A DNA stretch of 64,000 bases, taken from sequence record OQ992561.1, one strand, 5' to 3'. Below are positions 17,879 through 27,483 of this stretch, one piece after another (positions within the stretch are counted from its first letter, which is position 1; each line of letters opens with the position of its first letter). A model generated the notes under the pieces. The model searched no databases, was not told where the DNA came from, and saw nothing but the letters and a program-made list of their open reading frames with translations. A program made the position numbers and the translations under genes.

Positions 17879-20167
17879 TTAAAGAGTGCACGAACCGCCT
17901 GCACACCCAACTTCGGCATTAGTTACCTCAACAGCACGTTCGAGTGATTTAATATCAAGTCCTGCTGCTGTTTCTAGATTTACATAATACCGGGTTTTCA
18001 TTCCACGTTTCACCATATAGAAGTGATTACTTAGCATTTCATTAGAAGAGATCTTTTCAGAACCTACAATGCGTCGATAGAGGTCCGCACTGATTGTTTG
18101 ATCAGTCCACTTTTGAATAATGGCATAGCAATCAATAAGATCTTTAGTGGGGATATCATAAGCTGATTCATACACATAAGAATCATCATCTCCATATGGA
18201 GCAGCCCATAGTACACGTGCGCCATTATCAGTCTTATTAAGAATTAGACGACGTACCGGATATGGACCATTAGTTGATCCTAGTGCTTTAGATGACGCCT
18301 CACCCGGCATGTATGCAGCTAGTACGGAGTGTGCAATACCACCATTCTCCTTAATCTCTTTCTCTAGCTCATCCCATGGATAAAGTTCTTCAAAACCACC
18401 TTCAATGATAGTGTCCACTGACTTATTATAAGTCTTACGTGGAGTCCATCCCTCTGGCCATTTAGTCTTATGAATCCAAGGCGCATTACCACGTTCTTTA
18501 GCAATCTTAAGTGACGCCTTAATAAGGAAGTACATATGCCGTTCAGCAATGAAGTGGATTTCAGCTTTACCAGCATCGCTACTATATTTAAGGCCAGCAC
18601 GTGCCATATGCGTAGCTAGACCCATGATACCAACACCAGCACTCATTCGATTCTTAGCGGTTAGTGCAAGGTGTGGGAAAGCATACTCTGCATTAAGGAT
18701 ACAATAGTCAATCATCTTAAGTGCGTAGTAAGCTGCCATTTCATAAGTTTGCTTATCAGGAACATTATCCACTGCAATAGCAGCCAGTGAACAAGTAGCA
18801 ATTTCACCGCGACCATGATCCTCACTAGAATAAAGATCTTCCATTCGATAGTAAGGCTTAGTGGGTTCTGCGATTTCAAGGCAGAGGTTAGAACTGTAAA
18901 TAGGTTCTTTAAATGGTGTATGATGATTGAGTTCATCAATTTGAGCTGAATAAATGGTTCCAGTCTCATATGCTTCAACTAGCATTGATTTGAGAAGATC
19001 CCGAGCATTTACATAGGTTTTCTCAAATTTAGGATCTGCTTCATATTTTTCATAAAGCTTAATAAACTTATCAATATTACCACTATAGAAAGCCTCATGT
19101 AGATCTGGTGCAGTAAATGGATTGAATACAAAGATCATGCCATCTTTCTGCGCCGCTTTCTTAGCAAAGAACTTATTACTTAGGAATGCATAGTGAAGAT
19201 CACGGTTCTTCCTATCCTCAGTAGAACGTGGATTACGTAGCTGAGTAATCATATCTGCTTCAGGATCGAAAGCACTGTAGTAACACGTAACAGCACCACC
19301 TCGACCATTCTGTAGGTTAGCTCGTACTGCTTTACCCATTACATCGATGTATGGTTTCTTACCTTGGTGAATGATTAGACCATTACGAATAGGATCACCA
19401 ATTGACCTAGTCATTAAGTTAACACCAATACCCGCTGATGATTGGGTCATGATGTTAGCAATATAATCGCCCATTGCCAGTGATACACCATTATCACCAG
19501 AAGCAAATAGGCAACATGATGCAAAACCACGAAGCTTAGTACCTAGGTTAACGTAGTTAGGTGTTGGCGCACTAAGAATTTTATTAGAAAGTAGTTTATA
19601 GTAATTCTCCACATGAGTCATGCGAGTTTCAGCTGGCTCTTTTTCAGCTAGAGCCATTGCCATTCGCATATACACAAACTGGGCAGTCTCATATTCTTGA
19701 CCAGTTTTACGATTACGTAGAGCATACTTTCCACGAATGTGATGAAGTGAGAAATGTGGACAAAGTAGGTCAAGATCGTGATCAATGATCTTTTCAATCT
19801 GGGCGTATTCTTTACTACTATAATCTAATTTAACAATGATACCATCTTTACGCATCCTGGTTTGAAGCGCTTTAACAGTTGGGATACCATTTAGACCATA
19901 GAACTTCTTACGAAGATAAATCGCATATAGTCGACCAGCCATTAGATAATAAGACCATGTCTTACGATTTAGACATTCTTCAATAAGTTGTAATTGTAGT
20001 TCTTGTGATGAAGTTTTATCACCAAGAGCTTGAACAGCATCCATTACAACACTACTCCAATCCACCTTATCGCCAAGATGTTGGGCTGCCCATTCACCCC
20101 AACCATTAATCTTAGCAGGTGAGTATGCTTCTTCAGTACCGTCTAGTTTAATGATAGTTTTTAACAT
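17879..20167 (-). CDS. nrdA: Ribonucleotide reductase class Ia alpha subunit (likely start MLKTIIK)
   Basis: ATP-cone-like N-terminus, PTP, SCC, SNLCLEI, TRYY, C-terminal CAGGSC. Confidence 0.97.
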   Translation of the reverse strand: MLKTIIKLDGTEEAYSPAKINGWGEWAAQHLGDKVDWSSVVMDAVQALGDKTSSQELQLQLIEECLNRKTWSYYLMAGRLYAIYLRKKFYGLNGIPTVKALQTRMRKDGIIVKLDYSSKEYAQIEKIIDHDLDLLCPHFSLHHIRGKYALRNRKTGQEYETAQFVYMRMAMALAEKEPAETRMTHVENYYKLLSNKILSAPTPNYVNLGTKLRGFASCCLFASGDNGVSLAMGDYIANIMTQSSAGIGVNLMTRSIGDPIRNGLIIHQGKKPYIDVMGKAVRANLQNGRGGAVTCYYSAFDPEADMITQLRNPRSTEDRKNRDLHYAFLSNKFFAKKAAQKDGMIFVFNPFTAPDLHEAFYSGNIDKFIKLYEKYEADPKFEKTYVNARDLLKSMLVEAYETGTIYSAQIDELNHHTPFKEPIYSSNLCLEIAEPTKPYYRMEDLYSSEDHGRGEIATCSLAAIAVDNVPDKQTYEMAAYYALKMIDYCILNAEYAFPHLALTAKNRMSAGVGIMGLATHMARAGLKYSSDAGKAEIHFIAERHMYFLIKASLKIAKERGNAPWIHKTKWPEGWTPRKTYNKSVDTIIEGGFEELYPWDELEKEIKENGGIAHSVLAAYMPGEASSKALGSTNGPYPVRRLILNKTDNGARVLWAAPYGDDDSYVYESAYDIPTKDLIDCYAIIQKWTDQTISADLYRRIVGSEKISSNEMLSNHFYMVKRGMKTRYYVNLETAAGLDIKSLERAVEVTNAEVGCAGGSCTL

Positions 20168-20511
20168 TGTTAATTTCCAATTGTGAGTCGTAAGTTCATG
20201 TGAAAAAGTATTCAACATATCTTTAGATCAACTAAGTATTTTTACGACCCATTTTAAATGAATTTAGTTGATCTATTGTAAAAGCATATTATGGTACATT
20301 GGATATCTTTATCTTAAAAACCTATGTAGCCTTAGTGCCATAAGGGTTACAGCTATATAGTCCAATATCGTTCTACCGTGCTATTTAAGAGCTTTAAACA
20401 ATAACCCGCTATGTACCCTTAGGTTTTATTTTATCAGCAATATAGCTTAAAATAGAAATATACCTAAGTGCTTTTTACTATACTACTATTATTTATCGGA
20501 GTTAATTAAGA

Positions 20512-20901
20512 ATGTCTTTTTATCTACCGAGACACACCGATCCAATTGAAGCAATCGAATGGAAAAAGAACGGTGATATACCTGGTGATGGCGTTATCAA
20601 TAATATCAACCAAGGTGCTATTGTTGGTTATGCTATACCTACTAAAGAGTCTACTCTTAGTAATGCTATCTGTCCATTATGTAATCTAACTGAATCTAGT
20701 CATGGTATTTTACGTGTGGGTTCAGATAAAGATAAAATTGTCTGTCCGGGTGATTTTATTATTTTAATTCGTAAAAATAATGGGCGTATATTAGATTACA
20801 AATTAATGCGTCAACATGAATTTAATAAACTTTATCAACTGGTAACAAAAGAGGAAGCTAAACAATGGGCAATGATGTTGGATCCAGAAAAGAAGGACTA
20901 A
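20512..20901 (+). CDS. Hypothetical protein (gp1 position) with CxxC-H-C putative Zn site
   Basis: IEAIEWKKNGD...CPLC...SHG...VCPGDFII. Confidence 0.75.
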   Translation: MSFYLPRHTDPIEAIEWKKNGDIPGDGVINNINQGAIVGYAIPTKESTLSNAICPLCNLTESSHGILRVGSDKDKIVCPGDFIILIRKNNGRILDYKLMRQHEFNKLYQLVTKEEAKQWAMMLDPEKKD

Positions 20902-21449
20902 AGTTATATGAAGCTTTAGTTGAGGATATAATCATCACCAATGATCTTGGTACTGGTCTTCGACCATCTCTTAATATAACCACTAGTGATGGCGTAACTA
21001 GGAATGTTACATTTGATCAACTTGAGAATTTTATTAAAGTTATAAAAGCCACACATGACACACAAACTGTTGGCACTCCACTACAATGGTGTATTTACAG
21101 GTATGCTCCTAATTTAGTTAAAGCTCGGTATATTGCGACTAGCTGGAAAATAACTGTAGACCATGTTAAGAAGACTTTGAATTTTCAAGGTACTTTAAAT
21201 CATGAAGGTACTGTAGTTGATCATCCTAATTATGATCCGGATATTACTGCAAGAGAACTAATGTTTGATGAAACTATCACTGATTTTAGTCGATTTGAAC
21301 AAATTGCTCTGTCTGGAAATATCGCTAACTTTAAAGAAGAATTCAAAATGATGAAATATAGTTTTGACTTCAGTTACATTATTGAAGTTAGTAACGGCAT
21401 GACTAGACTCAAGGAGTTAGCTAATGATCAAACTGGATTATCAGATTAA
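20865..21449 (+). CDS. Hypothetical protein at the gp2 position; candidate ChmB-like nuclear shell-associated protein
   Basis: Synteny and length only; no motif recognised. Confidence 0.4.
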   Translation: MGNDVGSRKEGLKLYEALVEDIIITNDLGTGLRPSLNITTSDGVTRNVTFDQLENFIKVIKATHDTQTVGTPLQWCIYRYAPNLVKARYIATSWKITVDHVKKTLNFQGTLNHEGTVVDHPNYDPDITARELMFDETITDFSRFEQIALSGNIANFKEEFKMMKYSFDFSYIIEVSNGMTRLKELANDQTGLSD

Positions 21450-21930
21450 ATCAGAAGTCAATCATCTATTAAATAGATTATTAGTTAAAAACTTAGATGG
21501 TACTGTTTATTTTAGAACAACTATTAAAGAAGACGATTTAAAAGACTTACCTGTTAATCTGATTAGTCTACAAGTACTTATAAATCTATTGATAGGTTAT
21601 GAAGGACTAGATATTACAACTAGTATTGAGGAATTCACACAACAGATTAGTCTGATTCTTTGGGACATGCCCATACTAGAAAAAGGCGAAGTGGAATACC
21701 TCTATATTGAACAAGATATTAAGTTGAATGAATTAGTTATTAAACATAAAAGACCTGGTGTATTGATTGATGAGAAAGTATATGGTGAATTAACGCTATT
21801 ACAAATGGCTCAAATTAATTACCTATTAGCGTCTACATTTAAGTTTAAAACTAATTTCACTTGCTGTAGTTGGGCTATTGAATTTAAAGATAATGAAGTA
21901 TCTTGTAAATTCTGGCCTAAGGAAAATTAA
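21424..21930 (+). CDS. Hypothetical protein, 168 aa
   Basis: Coupled to the DHFR start (TAATG). Confidence 0.8.
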   Translation: MIKLDYQIKSEVNHLLNRLLVKNLDGTVYFRTTIKEDDLKDLPVNLISLQVLINLLIGYEGLDITTSIEEFTQQISLILWDMPILEKGEVEYLYIEQDIKLNELVIKHKRPGVLIDEKVYGELTLLQMAQINYLLASTFKFKTNFTCCSWAIEFKDNEVSCKFWPKEN

Positions 21931-22451
21931 TGGCTATTAAATTAATCGTTGCCCATGACCTAAATGGTGTCATTGGATATAATAATCTATTACCTTGGCA
22001 TATACCTGAGGATTTAGCTTTCTTTAAAGAAATGACAACTGGTTGCTGTGTTATCATGGGTAAAAATACTTTCTTATCCTTAGGTAGTAAACCGTTACCT
22101 AATCGTAATAACATTGTTGTATCATCAAGTTTATATCGTAACGGTAATTATCCAGTAGCCTATGATAATAAATTAGGTGTACTCCCTAATCTAAGTGCAG
22201 CTATTGTTTATGCCACTCATTTCAATAAAGAAACTGGAAAGGATGTATGGATCATTGGCGGTTCTCAACTTTATAAAGAAGTCATTGAAAAGGATATTTT
22301 AGACGAAATGTACATTACTACTGTCAAGATGGAAATCGATAATAGTAGTTGTGTTTATTTCCCTAAAGAAATCATTAAATGGGATAAATGGAAATCAACC
22401 ATTATTAAAGAAACTGACCTATGTACATATACCCATTGGATTAAAACATAA
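21930..22451 (+). CDS. folA: Dihydrofolate reductase
   Basis: IVA.D.NGVIG..N.LPWHIPEDL.FFK..T, IMGKNT, LP.R.NIV, IIGG. Confidence 0.97.
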   Translation: MAIKLIVAHDLNGVIGYNNLLPWHIPEDLAFFKEMTTGCCVIMGKNTFLSLGSKPLPNRNNIVVSSSLYRNGNYPVAYDNKLGVLPNLSAAIVYATHFNKETGKDVWIIGGSQLYKEVIEKDILDEMYITTVKMEIDNSSCVYFPKEIIKWDKWKSTIIKETDLCTYTHWIKT

Positions 22452-22455
22452 TAAT

Positions 22456-22477
22456 AGCCTTCCCCCAGGGGAAGGCT
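22456..22477 (+). terminator. Terminator after the DHFR operon
   Basis: AGCCTTCCCC-ca-GGGGAAGGCT-TTATG. Confidence 0.8.
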
Positions 22478-22494
22478 TTATGTCATATATTCAA

Positions 22495-22520
22495 ATGTAT
22501 TTAAAGGGTATATTACAAAT
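22495..22520 (+). promoter_or_regulatory. Early (virion RNAP) promoter, TATATTAC core
   Basis: TATATTAC at 22509-22516 in AT-rich context; known phiKZ early motif. Confidence 0.75.
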
Positions 22521-22567
22521 GTGAATTAACTATAGATTATTCTATTTATTATTGGAGGATACAGTCC

Positions 22568-22972
22568 ATGAAGAACTCTAAGAAAACAACTTATAATGCT
22601 ATCGATCCAAGTAAATTAAGTAAAGATATGTTCAGCGGCAGTAGAACCTGGGCAGCGGTTGAGTTTGCAATAAGTTGTGCAAATGAGTTAATGGAATTAA
22701 ATAGTAAAGGAAATACTATTTTATTTGATGACGATATTGTCGACAAAGTTGAATTTGAACTTAAGATCTATGATTGGCATGATGCCCCACATGGTTGTTA
22801 TCTTTATAGATCTTTATGGAAAAATACTCAGGAAATTGTCTTTGGTGATAATATAAACAAAGATGAAAGACTTGTATTGACTAAAAAAGAAGTACGTGAA
22901 TACTTTTCAAGATTCAAAATTTTCCGTAGTGTCATGTACTTATCCAATGGTATTAAAAAGTTAAAAGAGTAA
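22568..22972 (+). CDS. Early hypothetical protein
   Basis: GGAGG SD. Confidence 0.85.
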   Translation: MKNSKKTTYNAIDPSKLSKDMFSGSRTWAAVEFAISCANELMELNSKGNTILFDDDIVDKVEFELKIYDWHDAPHGCYLYRSLWKNTQEIVFGDNINKDERLVLTKKEVREYFSRFKIFRSVMYLSNGIKKLKE

Positions 22973-22986
22973 TCCTCTCCTACTGA

Positions 22987-23056
22987 TAATACATTCAAAC
23001 CATTTTAAACAGTATATTACTAACTTGATATTAAACCTTCAATTAATGTAAAAAGG
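22987..23056 (+). repeat. 70-bp early promoter/leader cassette, copy 1 (TATATTAC at 23013)
   Basis: Near-identical to 24488-24557. Confidence 0.8.
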
Positions 23057-23065
23057 AATCAAACC

Positions 23066-23581
23066 ATGTTCGAAATTAAATTTGCTAAAAAAGAACAATT
23101 TCCTGGCCGTGGTCACTGCATCGAACTTTATGGTGATTATGTCACCGAGCGTGTATGGAATGCAGTGAAACAAATGGTTGAATGCAACATCACCAATCAC
23201 GAGTTTTATAAGGCAAAAGAAGGTTTCTGTGTATTCTTCCAAGGTGGGCATAATAACCCTCATGGGAAATGGATCCTTCTGGAATTCTGGGTAGACGACA
23301 TCGAGAAGACTCGTGAGTTCGTTCGTCTCTTGACCATCACTATTAATCGAGTATTGACGGAGCGTTTTACTCAAATCTGCGTTAACCCTAATCAAATGGG
23401 TTATGCAGATGGGACAGGTGCATATGTTGCACTTGGTGAAATCCATAAAGAAACTGGATGTCGTGTTAATTGGGGTAGTCCGACTACACCTATTACCTTC
23501 TATCCAGAAAATAACTTGGAACATCGTAAAGTACTCGACTTGTGTAAAACCTTCGAACTCCCAGTAACTAAATTGGTGTAA
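23066..23581 (+). CDS. Early hypothetical protein, 171 aa
   Basis: AAGGA SD. Confidence 0.85.
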   Translation: MFEIKFAKKEQFPGRGHCIELYGDYVTERVWNAVKQMVECNITNHEFYKAKEGFCVFFQGGHNNPHGKWILLEFWVDDIEKTREFVRLLTITINRVLTERFTQICVNPNQMGYADGTGAYVALGEIHKETGCRVNWGSPTTPITFYPENNLEHRKVLDLCKTFELPVTKLV

Positions 23582-23598
23582 TTAGAGGATAAAGTACC

Positions 23599-23835
23599 AT
23601 GTACATCGTTATTCATAGATACGAGTCTGAAAGACATGAATTGACTGTAGGTGATCCTAAAGATCTTATCGCGATCTTAGTCATTCTGGAGAATAGTGAT
23701 AAAGTCATTGAATATAAGGTTATCGATTCGGATGTTGGTGTAGTCAAAGACTTTAGATACTCATTTGGTTGGGGTAACGAGTTCTTCACTAAAAATGCAA
23801 AAGATAATTTTAACTGGACTAAATCGAGGAAATAA
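23599..23835 (+). CDS. Early hypothetical protein, 78 aa
   Basis: GAGGA SD. Confidence 0.8.
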   Translation: MYIVIHRYESERHELTVGDPKDLIAILVILENSDKVIEYKVIDSDVGVVKDFRYSFGWGNEFFTKNAKDNFNWTKSRK

Positions 23836-23837
23836 AA

Positions 23838-24050
23838 ATGGCAGACGGTAAAATCAGTGGCGAAGCTGTAATGAACTATCTACTTTCTCGAAATGACCAC
23901 GTGGATTTCATGCGAGATGAACTGTCGGTTTACATTGAAGATGATAAAGTGGTAGTTAAGATTACAGATACTGCTTCAGGTGGTACTGCAACCCACTTCT
24001 CAAATTACAGTGTAAGCGATTTCGAAAGAACATATGGTCAAACTAATTAA
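23838..24050 (+). CDS. Early hypothetical protein, 70 aa
   Basis: GAGGA SD; terminator at 24082-24099 follows. Confidence 0.8.
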   Translation: MADGKISGEAVMNYLLSRNDHVDFMRDELSVYIEDDKVVVKITDTASGGTATHFSNYSVSDFERTYGQTN

Positions 24051-24152
24051 ATAAATTAGTAACACCTATTGGCGACATACACCCTCCCTTCGGGGAGGGC
24101 TTTATTTTCAATATAGACATATTTTTTTTAATACATTAGTTGGAGTTTAAAA

Positions 24153-24485
24153 ATGTTTAATAAAAATTTTATCAATGGTATTCAAATTTTTGTTGCCGCA
24201 ACTACTGTTGCTACAACTATTGTTAAGTTAGTCGAATCATACAACAAACTAAATGAAGAAAAATCGGCTAACGATGTATGTAAGAAAATCCATATGGAAA
24301 TCCATAAATTAACTAGCCTGTTTATCGAACAAGATATACCTAATGAAGAACGCTGCGTTAGGTTACGTAAAACTGTTGATACATTAGTTAATAAACACTG
24401 CTCTAACTTAACTGGCCGTCGGCGACTCAGGGCTGTTGCAGAAATCACTCGACATGTAGATGACTATTGTCGTCTATGGAAATAA
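24153..24485 (+). CDS. Early hypothetical protein with hydrophobic N-terminal helix
   Basis: GGAG SD. Confidence 0.75.
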   Translation: MFNKNFINGIQIFVAATTVATTIVKLVESYNKLNEEKSANDVCKKIHMEIHKLTSLFIEQDIPNEERCVRLRKTVDTLVNKHCSNLTGRRRLRAVAEITRHVDDYCRLWK

Positions 24486-24487
24486 TG

Positions 24488-24557
24488 TAATACATTCAAA
24501 CCATTTTAAGCAATATATCACAACAGTGTAATTAAACCTTCAATTAACGTAAAAAGG
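24488..24557 (+). repeat. 70-bp early promoter/leader cassette, copy 2 (TATATCAC variant)
   Basis: Near-identical to 22987-23056. Confidence 0.8.
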
Positions 24558-24567
24558 TACTTTAAAA

Positions 24568-24723
24568 ATGAAAGCAATTGTAATGATTATTATCGGTATG
24601 GTTATGGGTGCCACTATTGTTTATGGTGGGACTTACGAAGCACCTAAAGTAAAGAAAGATGCTGAAGTTATCCTCGGTCATCGCATCGCTCCTAATGGCG
24701 TTGAAATTCTCGTTACCAAATAA
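24568..24723 (+). CDS. 51-aa single-TM small protein (MKAIVMIIIGMVMGATIVYGG...)
   Basis: Hand translation; AAGG SD. Confidence 0.7.
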   Translation: MKAIVMIIIGMVMGATIVYGGTYEAPKVKKDAEVILGHRIAPNGVEILVTK

Positions 24724-24749
24724 TCACTGCTATTAAATGGAGAATAATT

Positions 24750-25118
24750 ATGCTTAAAGATAATGTAGTCATTAATGTCAGCGACCTCGTTGAAGAGAAT
24801 GGCAAAACTGTACATGAGAATAATTTGGCTAAAAACCATAATATCGCTATTGGCGAGTTGGTAGAAGATGTGTATTCAGGTATCCGTCTTTATGTTTTTG
24901 GACATGGGCGGGATTGCGATGGTACACCATTATATCACCTTACTGCCGATAAAGATATTATTGGTGAAGAAATAAATCGGGGTATTCCAGATCTTCAGAA
25001 ACAACATATAGAAATATGGTTAGATGGAATTACCTATGGTAAGGTCCTTTGGAACTATACTTCCGAAGATAATCTGCGTATTGTAAATTATCCTCAACCA
25101 CCCACGGCTGCTGTATAA
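24750..25118 (+). CDS. Early hypothetical protein, 122 aa
   Basis: GGAG SD. Confidence 0.85.
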   Translation: MLKDNVVINVSDLVEENGKTVHENNLAKNHNIAIGELVEDVYSGIRLYVFGHGRDCDGTPLYHLTADKDIIGEEINRGIPDLQKQHIEIWLDGITYGKVLWNYTSEDNLRIVNYPQPPTAAV

Positions 25119-25158
25119 AAGCGGAAGGTCGATTGGGTGAACTCACTCTAGACTAAAA

Positions 25159-25215
25159 GATGGGTCTCTTCGGAGACTCCATCCCAATGTATCTTGGAAA
25201 GGATGCATTGGGATG
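25159..25215 (+). promoter_or_regulatory. Structured 5' leader with two overlapping hairpins
   Basis: GATGGGTCTC-TTCG-GAGAC(T)CCATC and a 14-bp stem CATCCCAATGTATC/GATGCATTGGGATG. Confidence 0.55.
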
Positions 25216-25252
25216 TACTCAACTTAACATAATCGTAAAAAGGAAAATACAA

Positions 25253-26365
25253 ATGAAACAATATCGTGAACCCGTAACTCGTCTGTCCAAAGAAAAACTG
25301 GAATGTGTTATCAGCCGTCGTAAAGAAAGAAAGGCCGAACAACCTTTCGGTCGTGCCCATTTCCCTGCCGGTACTCGTGCTATCTTCGAATCCTGCTCCC
25401 TTCGTTACCTGGATGAGAATGAACGTGTATACCCTGGACAGCGCTACGAGACATTCGAAGCTACTGTTCTCGGCGTTGTGGCCAATGGTCATAACAGTTA
25501 TGTCGCTATTCTGGACATGCCCTGTGATCTTACTGAAAGCCGTAACAAGGCAATCAACGTCAGTTGGTGCCGTGGTATTGTATCGCGCGGTGAAGGTAAT
25601 TTCACCTGGTTCAAAGAAGAGTCAACCGAGTATGATCGCAATCATGGTTGGAACATCCGTGAGAAACATCCGACTGTTCGTTGGGCAGAAGGTCCTCGTC
25701 CTACTAAAGTACGTAGCCTTACCTGGGCAGAGGAATTCGATTATAACCGCGCAGTAGATCCGGTATACATCGAAATCAACAAACATCACAGTCAGTACTA
25801 TATCACTGACATGCGTTCGTTTGTGATGTTCACTCTTCGGGAACATCCTGCTTATGCAAACTCGTTTAAAGATCATCTGCACAAACTGGACAAGCTAGTC
25901 ATGGCGCTGTACTCCGATCCGACTATCAAAGCAGCTGAAGTAAAGCTGTCTCGCTACTCTGTTAGCTGGTTGATCAGCAAGAAGAAGTTCCATAAAGTCC
26001 TGCAACGCCTGCTTCCGTTCTACAAGACTTCTCGTCGTAAGGCGCAAGAAGAAGACGATAAAGCAATTAGCGAGATGTATGAGGCTGAACTGGACCGTGA
26101 CCTCAGTGAACAGTATGGTGAGTCTGATGATACCTCGGATGAATCAAGCTATTCATGGAATGACAGCACGCCCCTGGATGATGATGATCTGAATGTGTTT
26201 GATATGTACGACGACTCGGCATGCTCGCGTGAAATCAGTGATGATGTTCAACCCAAAACTATTGGTGAACTCCTGCGTGAAGCAATGGAGAACCCTGAAG
26301 AAGAGAAATCCAAATTAGTTATTGGAAGTATGGAAACTCTTTCTAAAGCGGTTATCATCAAATAG
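25253..26365 (+). CDS. Probable homolog of phiKZ gp14 (early ribosome-binding protein); 370 aa, acidic C-terminal tail
   Basis: AAGGA SD before MKQYREP; eleventh ORF upstream of the terminase by my count; D/E/S-rich tail. Confidence 0.6.
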   Translation: MKQYREPVTRLSKEKLECVISRRKERKAEQPFGRAHFPAGTRAIFESCSLRYLDENERVYPGQRYETFEATVLGVVANGHNSYVAILDMPCDLTESRNKAINVSWCRGIVSRGEGNFTWFKEESTEYDRNHGWNIREKHPTVRWAEGPRPTKVRSLTWAEEFDYNRAVDPVYIEINKHHSQYYITDMRSFVMFTLREHPAYANSFKDHLHKLDKLVMALYSDPTIKAAEVKLSRYSVSWLISKKKFHKVLQRLLPFYKTSRRKAQEEDDKAISEMYEAELDRDLSEQYGESDDTSDESSYSWNDSTPLDDDDLNVFDMYDDSACSREISDDVQPKTIGELLREAMENPEEEKSKLVIGSMETLSKAVIIK

Positions 26366-26380
26366 ATTACACGCAATAAT

Positions 26381-26398
26381 GGGAGTCTTCGGACTCCC
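26381..26398 (+). terminator. Intrinsic terminator
   Basis: GGGAGTC-TTCG-GACTCCC-TTTTATTTT. Confidence 0.9.
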
Positions 26399-26469
26399 TT
26401 TTATTTTCTACATCGTAATATTTTTTTATTTAGCAATATATTCATAAACTGTAAAAAGGAAGATATCTC

Positions 26470-27471
26470 ATGATCATCAATGCAACCATCACTCGCGCAA
26501 TGTTGAGTGCTCAAACTACAGAATCATCGCTTCTGTTTATTCTGACACACCTACATGGCAGTCCAGATGCTACTTCGTCGGATATGAACGACACCAAGCG
26601 CATTCTCGCCTCTAACGATCCTCTAAGTACCCTGTGGCAATGTGGTTGCCATTTGGTCGTATCGGAAGACGAACGCTGGTTCATTTCTCCATTTGGTGAT
26701 ACTGTACGCCTGGCATACCAGCACAAAGTACGTGGTAGCTGGATTACTTTCGGCATAGACCTGTTCGATCCGGAAGAATCCGAATCGGTACTATTGGCTA
26801 TCCGTAGGCGGCTCCGCACCGGTTTCCCAGCAGATGAACTTGAAGTTAACTGTGGTATCAAAGGTTACCTCGAAGAAAGTTACGAGGTCAACGGGACCGG
26901 TTTGTGGAGCGTAGGTCGGATCATTCTGGCTCTGCATCCCACCAGCCCTTTCCGTTTTGCTGCTCTGGAACGTTTGTACGAGATTGCTAAGTTCCATAAG
27001 AACTACGCTGACATCGTGGATAATGTCGGGATCAATCATGATCGTAATTACCTGAATAACATCGTTGATGGAAAATGGATGGTCGAAGAGAAAGATGCTC
27101 AAGCTGTATTGAACAGCTACTTCACTTCGATGCTGAAGTTATTCTTCGACCGTGGTTTCTACTATCAGGATACTATCGACGGCGGCAGGATCGATGTTCG
27201 TAGCAATGAAGGATCGTACTACCTCATTGGTAGTAATGCCACTGTAAATACCATCAATATCACTTACCTCAGTGCTAACAAAATAGAAATTCGTGATGGA
27301 GAATGGGAGTTCGCTTGGGACTGCAACAACACTGAATACTTCCCTATTGAAAATCCGGTAGATGCTCTGCTTGGTTTCCACAAGCGTGTAGACCAGGAAC
27401 ATATCTACATGGCTTCTGGTCTGGGTACTAGCCTGGAAGACATCCACAAGGTCCAACATACTCTAAAATAA
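26470..27471 (+). CDS. Early hypothetical protein, 333 aa
   Basis: AAGGA SD; C-ending codon bias. Confidence 0.85.
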   Translation: MIINATITRAMLSAQTTESSLLFILTHLHGSPDATSSDMNDTKRILASNDPLSTLWQCGCHLVVSEDERWFISPFGDTVRLAYQHKVRGSWITFGIDLFDPEESESVLLAIRRRLRTGFPADELEVNCGIKGYLEESYEVNGTGLWSVGRIILALHPTSPFRFAALERLYEIAKFHKNYADIVDNVGINHDRNYLNNIVDGKWMVEEKDAQAVLNSYFTSMLKLFFDRGFYYQDTIDGGRIDVRSNEGSYYLIGSNATVNTINITYLSANKIEIRDGEWEFAWDCNNTEYFPIENPVDALLGFHKRVDQEHIYMASGLGTSLEDIHKVQHTLK

Positions 27472-27483
27472 GGAAAATTAATT

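Noticed and set aside
16615-20167. Possible introns or inteins in nrdA/nrdB (also checked terL and the polymerase)
   Set aside because: The ORFs are continuous and of normal length, with no LAGLIDADG/HNH or intein-terminal motifs seen.
25160-25252. 31-aa N-terminal extension of the gp14-like ORF in the track
   Set aside because: It runs through the hairpin leader with no SD. The AAGGA SD precedes ATG25253.
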